Source: Balanoglossus misakiensis
Taxonomy: Eukaryota; Animalia; Hemichordata
Direction: 5' to 3'
Assembly: GCA_040954595.2 (NCBI GenBank)
Contig: CM082588.2
Span: 794,613-858,612, forward strand
Length of the DNA stretch: 64,000 nucleotides
Part shown: in pieces, positions 51,304 through 64,000 of the stretch
Layout of the letters: each line of letters starts with the position of its first letter
Position numbering within the stretch: position 1 is the first letter of the stretch
Made by a program: the position numbers and the translations under genes
Notes under the pieces: model-generated
Told to the model about the DNA's origin: nothing
Database searches by the model: none
What the model saw: only the letters and a program-made list of their open reading frames with translations

Positions 51304-52830
51304 GTTGCTGATGTTGTGAACACTCCGACAATTAACGCAAAAGCGACTATTTGGATGGCTCTAGAAATGAAATAAATAGCATAAGGTTTAACCACAAACT
51401 TCCCGATATCACAACTCTTTTTATGAGTTGACGTTTTCTCTGGTGGCAAACGATGTGAACACAAAAGCATTCAACATATCGGAGTATTGCATACTTACCG
51501 AGAAGAGGTTACCTCAGGAATGGTGGATGATGTATGCGATCATTCTTAAACTTCCTCCTTTTATAATTCTCCTCCACTGACTTCATCATGTTTGGCACAG
51601 GTAAGTACATGTACTCTGGGGCGGAACATGACTGGACGCATCTTTGCACAATGATGAGATTATCCATCATATTCATAGTGCTAGTGAGATTTTTCTGGCT
51701 CATTCTTTTATTAATATCATGACAGTTTGACATAATACGGATGCAAAGATAAACCTAGCGCTTTGTGTGCATATATTGCCTTAAAAATCGTGTCACATCT
51801 CATAAAAATCTGAAAAAACGTGTTCCTAGAATAAACGTGTAAAAACCATTTCTGCCACTGGTGGCGCTACAACACACCACAGTTCGCCAGCAAATCGAGT
51901 GGTTGCACCACTCTGAATACTTTTCCAGTCATTTCATTTGTGGCTCTGGTCTAAAACCCTTACCAAGTGCACAATCAGCTAGAAATATACAACCCCTATA
52001 TTTTCTAATAAAACTATTCAGAGAAGTTCTGTTCGAGGATTTCGCTCATCTACCATCAACTTGATTGATTAGATGACAGATAACAGCCATCAGTCACCTT
52101 AAAAAATGGATCTGTTTGGACATGCTTTGTCAAAAATATTTGATGACCTCCAAACCATCAATCTCCAGGATGAATGATCTTAAAGTATACCAATAAGAAC
52201 AACAAAATGAAAACTCAGAGTCACAAAACATGCTGATCATACTATTTATTTCTTTGCTCATGTAAATTATAAATTCAAACAGGTACGTTTCTGTAATTAG
52301 ATGTACAGAGTGAAATTTCCTGCTTAAAATGATCCACATAATGTTGTACAATTTAAATACATGAACTTCAATATCTAAATAAAATATTCACTTTCAATGA
52401 GCAGGCTTCTTGTCCCTTACATGTCTCTCTCTTTCACTTGTGTTCAACTGATTTTTTGTTGTATTTCAAAAAATCTTTATTTTAATTTATTCAGGATTTG
52501 TCTTTTATATGAATCTTTCTAGTGAAAGTACAATATCTTCTAATTGCACTACTTGCAGCAGTAATAGTGAGTTCTCCAACATTTCTCAATGTAATCCCCC
52601 AGGGAAGTCAAAATGTTCTCGTGATGTGACTGTTATGCAAATTATTCTGCAGTGCCAAGTAGCAGTTTTGCGCTTGTTCACATAACATGAAGAAAATCAT
52701 CTGATAGTCAACAGCTGTCATTATGTATTCCAAACATGATCCCTGTTGCTAAAAAACTAAGGATTTTAAAACATCAGAAAATAACAGAAGGAACATATGT
52801 GTCTGTCCAAGGTTCACTTGTTGCTGTGGC

Positions 52831-55936
<3,106 letters not shown>

Positions 55937-56247
55937 ATTTCATGTACAGTTTCTTCTTAAAACCCTATAGAAATTGAATATATTCAGAAGTGGTATAAGG
56001 TACGTGCAGCGGCACCCCCGGTCCACTTTTCGTGCAAGACATTTACCAATAGGGTAGTTAATTATGATTATGGAGTCAAAGTTTATAAGTGGGTCACATT
56101 TAGCCCCGTTTCCTTTTATTCACATTAAATTGTATGTAACAGTGAGAATCAGACGGAAAAAAATTGATGAAAGAAGCAAAAGCTGGCTTGAAATGCCTAA
56201 GTTCAGAAGAGGGCACCCCCGGGTACGATCAACTAGTTCAAGCGCCT

Positions 56248-56260
56248 GGGTCAAAGGTCA
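56248..56260. promoter_or_regulatory. DR1 nuclear-receptor-type element ~310 bp upstream of CPOX
   Basis: GGGTCAAAGGTCA, followed by another GGGTCA half-site. Motif match only. Confidence 0.3.
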
Positions 56261-57295
56261 CCTGGGGTCAAACCAGGCATGAGTACACGACTCGGAATTT
56301 TCCACATGGTGAGAATGGTTCAATACTAGAATTCGATGGATAATAGTAACAGCACTGCAAGAGTTTGGCTGATCCCTTTCCGGGATTTGACATCAATCGG
56401 TCGGGGAAGCATTATACGCGAAGGGGACAGGCACTGTATTCACCCCCTGTGTACGTACAAGTACGATGGTCCCACGCGTGACACTGATCGCACACACGAG
56501 ACTGTGTGTATATTGGTTGCCATGGCATGCGATCGCTAACAGACCTCATTAAATGTTCCTCCATATTTTTTAAATTAATAAATAATAACGATAAAACTTA
56601 CGGGTATCGATGAAGTTCTCTGGCAAAATGCACACAGTATAGTAAAGATATAAACACAGGAGTCCCTATAGTTAGGGAGTCTTTGGAAAGACTACCTAAC
56701 TCCCACCTGATCCACACACACACACAAAAGAATTTTGTAAACAGAACATAGAGGGCGAACAATATAAAACTTTGTCCTATTAATTTTCTAAACAGTACAT
56801 TTATTCCTTGAAATATGTCTTGGAAAACTTACTATAAAATATAAGTTTCACCTGCACTTAGCAGTATTAAAATAAGCAAAAACGGTGTTCATGTCTTCGA
56901 GTAAATACAGAGAAAAATATTTACAAAATGTCATAGAATATCAAGTCCATAATTCACAGATTTTCACTCTTTTAGACCCTCTGCCCGATTTCTCTTTAAG
57001 TAAAGTAAAGAAAGTTGAATAAAAGTCGGTATAATTTATTTTCATAAGAGTGTAGAGGGTTATACAATGTTACAAAAAGATTCCATGATACAAATATTGG
57101 GAAAAAATCTTATGTTAGAAATCTTTTCACTGGATCAAATTATTGCATCTGTCAATAGATGTTTTATTCACAACAACAAACCAAGCATAAAAAGAATCTT
57201 TCTGGTTGACCATATTTTGGCACAACGTAAGATATTTTATATTATAAATAGTATATAAAGGTCAAATGGCAGTGAAGTAAAATGTCTTTTTGGTT

Positions 57296-60200
57296 TCATT
57301 TGTTTTTATTCATCATCTCCATGACGACCCTGGGATCCATCAGAGCCAGTGTTTGTGAGTTCAGTCCGAGTTGTCTGGCCAGTCCCGTTAAATCAAACCC
57401 CATTAACTTCAAGAATGGAAGAAACTCCATCTCTTCCTCTGAAAGACAAAAAAGTACAAGACATTTCAAATCTTGTGACACAACAAATGTAGACGGCAGT
57501 TCTTTATGAAGGATGTCCACAGATAACGAAAGATATTTGTGAGATATCAACTTTGTCTTACCTGTGAAGGGATTGAGAAGCTTAGGACAAGTTGGATTAC
57601 ACTGTGGGCACGGCGCGTTGTCTATGAGATGGTGATGACACTGGTTGTGATGGACTCTGTGACGATGCTTTTCGTGAACATCCGGGTCTGATTTCCTCTG
57701 CCTCTGTTGTCTGCTTTGTGGACTGAGAGGATGAGCTGAAATTAGACAAGAAATGACAGCCGTCAGGTCAGGATTCCAAGGAATGAAGGAAAGTGTGATT
57801 ATCACCTTTCGAAGGTCCTTCAAAGACAACATACTCTTCTTCCACTCTCCGATTTTATGTCGTGTAACTGGTCGTGACTGAATGCCACAATGAAATGTGT
57901 AGATCAGGGAGCATCTCTAATGTGCAGAACAGTCCAATGATCCGAGGACTTCATTCCTTACCTTTTTCAAACACTTTCCACTCATCTTTCGAAAATTCAG
58001 AGTCAGAACTATCATCAACAAACTGATTATCAAAGGCGCTTCCAGTTTCGTCATTTGAACTGTCATAGTAAGTGTACAAGAGACCAAGGTTTTGATCGTC
58101 AGCTGTACGGAGAAAAGAGCGAGAAGAAAAGAGAGCTTACGAGAGAGAAGAAAAGTGAGCTAGAACGAGAAGAAGAATGAAACAGTAACCATAGACGAGG
58201 GGAATCTTCCAGCAAAGAACAGTACAAGAACAGAAACGAACTTAGCAGAAAAAGCGACAAACGATGGACGATGTGACGGTGATAAAATGTTGACCACTGA
58301 CCTAAGTCTCCAACATCATGAAGATGATTTTGTTCTTCATCACCGTTCATCCAACACTCCAGGGCCCTTGGCAACGATTGGCCTTTGACATGAATGTCCA
58401 ACCACTCTCTGTGTGGAATAGATGGTTTGATGTGTTATAGTCTGGTAGATGGATTCTGTTTTATATGATATCGAGCAAAATATTTTAATGGCAAGATGTT
58501 ACAATTGGTTTTACAATATTAAGTGCTCTCACCTTTTGTTGATAACAATATGAGAATAGCAAGCAGGAGCAAACACGGCCCTGAAATCCCGAAAAAACAA
58601 AAGAACTACATTAGACCAAATTCCATATCAATTTGTGCTTGTCTTGGTCATTTTTGTGGGGAGAACTTTATATCCGAAGTTATGGTATCCGAAGTTTACT
58701 CACGTGACGTTTTTGAGTGACTGTCTGAGTTGTCGTCCCAGCCTTTGCATGTAGTTCCAATGTTCTAATTGAACCGGTGGGCCCATGATGTCCACTGTCA
58801 ACTGAGCTTCGTCAAACAACCACTGAAATATGAAAACTGGAGCTGCAACCGAAACCAACATACATCACGTCAAATGGAAGGATTTTTAACTGCGAGTTTT
58901 ACGAACTACCATCAGGAAGAATCTCATTTGTCATCTCGACGTCACCATACCAGTGCAAAAACCAAACAAATGTAGGAGAACTTACATTGAAGTGTTGGGT
59001 AGATCTTGTAACCAAAGAAACACTGCCAGTAATCATCTGAATCATAACCTGCTTGGCAACGATCAGGAACTTGTCCATCCCATAATCTAAAGCAAGTACG
59101 GGAAATAATCTACATCAGGTTGGCTGATTGAATTTGGTGGGTTAGTTTCAACGATTCGATTGAAAATGTAAGTCTTAAAAGTATTTAAAAACCAAACAAA
59201 GTATGACTACAGTATTGTTCGCCCAACTTACTTGATTCCCCGTTTGATTGCCTCGGCAGGCGCACATGACAACGTGTTTGTACACTGTTGTTTGCCGTGG
59301 TTGACAGAATCCAGGAACCATCCTGAATCACACAAACCACGAATCTCTCCGATATTCCCAGCTGCTCTAAGCATGTCTGTGACTCTGTCTAGATTGATTA
59401 ATACGCCCGTACCACCAGCACTGAAATGAAGATGAGAAGGTTAAGAGTTACCATTTATGACAGAATGTGCAGATTGACTACTGGTCATCTGAAAACATGG
59501 TTAAAACATGGATCTGACTTTATAATCGTATAAAGCGGTTTACCTGCTTCCAGCCAGCAATATTTTATTCGCAACAATCAAACCATGCGGCATCAATTCC
59601 CTGATAACTTCTTGTATGATCAGTGCACCCATGAATGAAAATCCACCTGAAATAGTTCGAATTATCTCGTTATTAATACAAAAAGCGAATTTAATGAGAA
59701 AATCCCACAAGAAATACATCACAAAAATATTTCATACACAAAAGCTGAAGTCTTACCTTCTTTTAGTGTCTGGGCTGTGCCACTCCACACATCACTCGTA
59801 CAGTATGGTATGTATCTGTCATTGAACAAAAACAGGGGGATTCATACGTGACTGTAAATTTCTTGAACACCATGTCAGAATTCTCGACAACGTACCGCGT
59901 GATTGACACAACTGATTCGTTTCTTTGAACATTTTGTTTTAGTTGCCATATTGTACTTACACAGTATTTGCGTTCCACCAGTTGGGATTCTCTTCTGGGT
60001 CTGCAGATAATAAACCAGATCCTACAAATATGGAAATTTAATATTATAACATTACACCATGTCTTACACCAAATCACGCCACACCTCATAATAGTTTTTC
60101 GAGACTCACCAGTTTTCTTGTCAGACCATCCTTTGGAACTCATCAGAGGCTGCATAGATTGCCAACGACTACTGCAACTGGCGTCATCAAAGCAATACCA

Positions 60201-60827
60201 TCCACCTAGAGTTTAATGTCAAAAATACACCTTTCAGTGAAAAGAATTCGAAATATATGTCATCATTTCTTTCAAGGCTACTAAGAACAACAAAAAATGG
60301 CAAATTGACACTTTCTCGACATTAATCAATCCAGTTGATAACGAGAGTAATCTAGTTACCTTCCAGGAAAATGAGCCATCGTTTACTTCCGAATGACTTC
60401 CTCAGGTAATACCTAAAAGAACAGTGTACAATAAAGTAATTTTACTTTGCGCATAGGAAACTTTGCTCTTTCCACCAAGGCGACAAATTCATTGTGTTTA
60501 AAGTGGGATATGTTTTCTAAAGTAAGCTAAGGCATCATGGAAGTTGTACTATACTAAGTATAAAGCCATTTACCCAGCAGGAGAACCATCGTTACAAGTA
60601 ACAGATGTATTCTGAAGGTGTCTCAACTTCATCATTGGTAATTCCGCCTCGAAGCCACACCCATGTAAAGCCGTTGCTAGGTACTTAATCTGCGTCATGA
60701 CCTTCTCTGGGTCATCCATCATCTGTAGGTCCAGTACGTATTCATTAGAATTGCCAGGACGAGTGGTACTCATCGATGATGTCATCGCCATCCACAAAGT
60801 CACCACGAGAAAAATTATCAACTGCAT
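57296..60827 (-). CDS. NOTUM: Palmitoleoyl-protein carboxylesterase Notum (secreted Wnt deacylase)
   Basis: Signal peptide; [44 protein letters not shown]; catalytic LLAGSSAGGTGVLINLD; DSGWFL; WQCFFGYKIYPTL; QWLFDEAQL; C-terminal CPQCNPTCPKLLNPFTGEEMEF...MNKNK-stop. Confidence 0.96.
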
Positions 60828-61328
60828 CGTTTTCTGAAGGTCAAAAGAAATATTTGTTAAAACCCAACAGTCCGTGTTTGGGTGAGATTAAGGGTCATGC
60901 TCGACGTCGCTTATTGCTAAACATAAAACAGTCAACTCGTGGTGGGCAACTATCCCCTACCCTGGATCTAAGACCCCATCCCCACGTTATACGGTCATGC
61001 TTGGGTCATTCCAACTTTATGCAGCCCTGGCAAGTCTTGTCGTGTCAAAGTTCTACCAATTCGTACAAACACTTTAAAATTTATGAACGGCACTGGTGAA
61101 AATCATACCTTACGTATCCAGAAAGTAAAGCAACCCAACATACTATGATGAAAAGATTCGGCCGAACTTTTTGCACAAAAGCCATAACTGTGAGGTATAA
61201 ATGCATTCGTTTCTCTTTCACCTTTTGTCACAATGCTTTCGGCATCACTCATGAATGGTTGCAACTGTAACTTAGAATGGTCACAAAATTGAAGTTTTCA
61301 GGCAAAGGTTTGCACAGCACATTTTAAA

Positions 61329-61497
61329 GGCGGCCTTTTAATTTGACCTTTGATTTTGGGGCGAACATTGCGAGCGCACCGTTTCGTTGCCATCACTCGA
61401 ATAACGAGGAGTTTTTACTGACCGAGCAAAAAAGCAAAAAATGTTGATTGGTGTATATACTTTATATTGCGTTGTCGGTTAGGCTTTGATCTTTGAA
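61329..61497. promoter_or_regulatory. Candidate TCF/LEF (Wnt-response) site cluster upstream of NOTUM
   Basis: CCTTTGAT 61347-61354, CTTTGAT 61484-61490 and CTTTGAA 61491-61497, plus a Helper-like GGCGGC at 61329-61334. Confidence 0.45.
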
Positions 61498-64000
61498 GAA
61501 ACGATAAGCCGTTATATGCGTGTCTTTTTATCGTAAACACGTCTTTGCGCTGGAGTTTCGGGGCTTCTTGGACTCGGCTGCTTACTGATTAAAGTCATTT
61601 TCTTAAGGCAGATGTTGTATGCGTATTTCTCAATGTCGATCGGCAGCACAAAGAACTGTCGATACTTTGCGAGAAATAGAGATCCTTTTCCAGGTATAGA
61701 AAATAGACTTGGTATCGGGCAGAATAATAACATGTCGTTAACGATAATTCGTTTCTAAGGGCACCGGCGTGTTCTGCTTCGCCAAAACTGTGCAATGACT
61801 CGACAACCCATTTACTACGCTTTCACTAAAAGAAGCATCTGGTCCTTGGAAGTTTAAAGCGTAACTTCCACTGATGAACATGGTGGAACTTAAACTACTT
61901 TTGTGACTATACATTTTACCGAAAAGTGAAGAAGCATCAGGCACATTACATCACATAAATCTGTTTCAAGAAAATTTAAAATAGAGCGTGGAAAAGCAAA
62001 TTTGAAATAGGACGAATTCTGTCAAACCAAAGAAAGATTTGAACCTGTTTTTCTGTAAAGCAAAAGCAGTGGGTTGTAATCAGAGAAGAAGATTTGGTGA
62101 AAATAATCGAAAGAAAGATATGTTTCTTACCAATTAAGTCTATTCCCACGACAGCACTTTTCAATATAGATTTGACTCCAACAGAAGATCGAGAGTTGTG
62201 TATGTACTCGTCGACGTCCCGAAAGTGATGGGATCTTGTTGACGAGTGTCGCTTTTTTATAAAGTTTGACCGTGTTTGTCAATTACTTGTGAGATTCTCC
62301 AGCGTCAAATGCCCCCTAGGATCTTCCGCGATTCTGTCAACTTTTAGCGCATCGTAAAGCTCGCTTTATGATCATGTAAGTATGTTAATTAAAAGCCAGT
62401 TTACAACAGCAAAACACAACCGCAAAGTTCCGCACATGACAAACACATCAACGATCACAAACTTGGTTCAAGAAAGGGAGGCGTCGTTGTATATCTGCCA
62501 GTGGGGCAAATTAACACAACAAAAGACGTGAAAACACCTACGAAAACGACAGAAAAACAAGTCTCCTTCAGTCGCATAAGATATACATGTTTTTTTCACA
62601 TTAAACACTAACAATCGATTTTTCGTCGTTTCTCGGTGTATTTGAGATTGTTACACGTGCAATGGAACGCGCATTCGTGGTTATTAATGACATTCGGAAA
62701 TCACGATGAGTAGGAATTGATTTTGTGATCATCGTTGTGGTCAGTGGAAGGAAGTAGTGACATTTTTCTCACCGCGACCTTTTATTCTGCAGTACTTGAC
62801 CCACAGAAGAAGATTGAGGGAAAGACCGAAAGTTGCAGTTACTTCTTCTTTTGAACCAAATCACATCGATCAGTGTATTACATTGCAGAATTTGTATGTG
62901 CCTTCTTTTGTTGTTCGATTTACTGAATCACGAAAACAAGATTTTCTGTGTCAACGGAAGCCGAACAAAATTTAACATATCTACTATTTTATTTTATAGC
63001 ACTGTTTTTCGTATTCTCTGTGGCGTCGCGGGAGAACCATGGTTCAAGGTCATTGCTGCCGTTACAATCACAATTTCGCATCAACATCTCATATTTTGTA
63101 CAATTCAGTGTCCTTGTAATGGTGACGTTAAATGACCTTTTAACTTTGTCCCAGTAAGATGTACAGAAACTATATATGACTACTATTACATCGTTCTCTG
63201 TTGATTATGATTGATTTGTCGTGTTTATTCCCTTTGATCATGTTTGTCATCGATACTTTTTCATGGTCAATCCAACATAGCACTCAAAACCCAACCAATA
63301 AACTCAAGGTCTTCCAAAAACCGCGGACATAATACCCTTGTAATTTCTGCATACTTTACGATAAGTTTGATTTTCTGATCTAAAAGACACTGCTCTCGTG
63401 ACGAACAACAGGTAGGCCAATTCTGTTGCCTATAGCAACCATTTGAACCAAACTCACAAAACAAGACATCTCCAATCGACACCCCCCCCCCCCCATGTGA
63501 ACATAAACGTTGACTGGTGTATTCCCTTGTGATTTTTTGAGGGTTTTCAACAGCATGTAAACAAAGATAACCCTGGTTGAGCTATAGTCATCGTCCATTA
63601 GGGTATCGACCTTGTGTAGTCTATGCCGAAAGTGACATCGCTCGAAGCTTGCGGCTGTTTACACTGGGCCTGGAACGTGAACGATCCCTTGACGGCGACT
63701 CCGTGGCCGAGCTGCCGACCCTTTTCACTTACTGAACACAACAGAGAAGCAGCCTGCGTCTTTCTTGTCGTTTGGGCTTTTATGTACGCCTGCGGTCTTC
63801 TTTGAACTTTTCTGTCCTTCGTACATTAGTGGTCCTTTAAACTTAGTAATGAAGACATAAACTTTCGCAAAGGTTTCTGTTAAAATTGTCTTAATCGGTT
63901 TGTTTTTGTATTACAGACCACAAATTGACTGGTATGGTTTTTGTTTTACCAACGCTGTGCCAGTGTCTTCATTTCGAATTGCATTCCTTCACTTTTTCTA

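Noticed and set aside
60828-64000. Short ORFs upstream of NOTUM (and similar ones at 2.0-5.5 kb)
   Set aside because: They show no recognisable domains and no consistent splice-phase chains, so they are treated as non-coding regulatory or intergenic DNA.

Overview
This is animal genomic DNA: AT-rich, with many short GT-AG introns. The gene content suggests an invertebrate deuterostome such as a hemichordate, echinoderm or amphioxus (inference). From left to right it holds: the 5' part of a C-type-lectin/HRM adhesion-GPCR-like gene (-, runs off the left edge), RCAN/calcipressin (-), LTN1/listerin (-), CYP39A1-like P450 (+), an uncharacterised 357-aa gene (-), CHMP2B (+) and CISD3-like (-). Next comes an ~18-kb non-coding composite repeat domain (~30.5-48.7 kb) built of nested 37-, 40/39-, 35/33-, ~101- and ~152-bp tandem arrays with higher-order duplications. 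After it are an unrecognised secreted ~359-aa protein gene (-), CPOX (-) and NOTUM (-) with its upstream region. The most unusual element is the modular satellite domain: three macro-units share junctions but each expanded its internal arrays independently. Other points of interest are the apparently ancient gene neighbourhood, two orphan genes, CTCF-like motifs beside the satellite and a candidate Wnt-response element upstream of NOTUM. Exon boundaries were read by eye, and no database searches were run.
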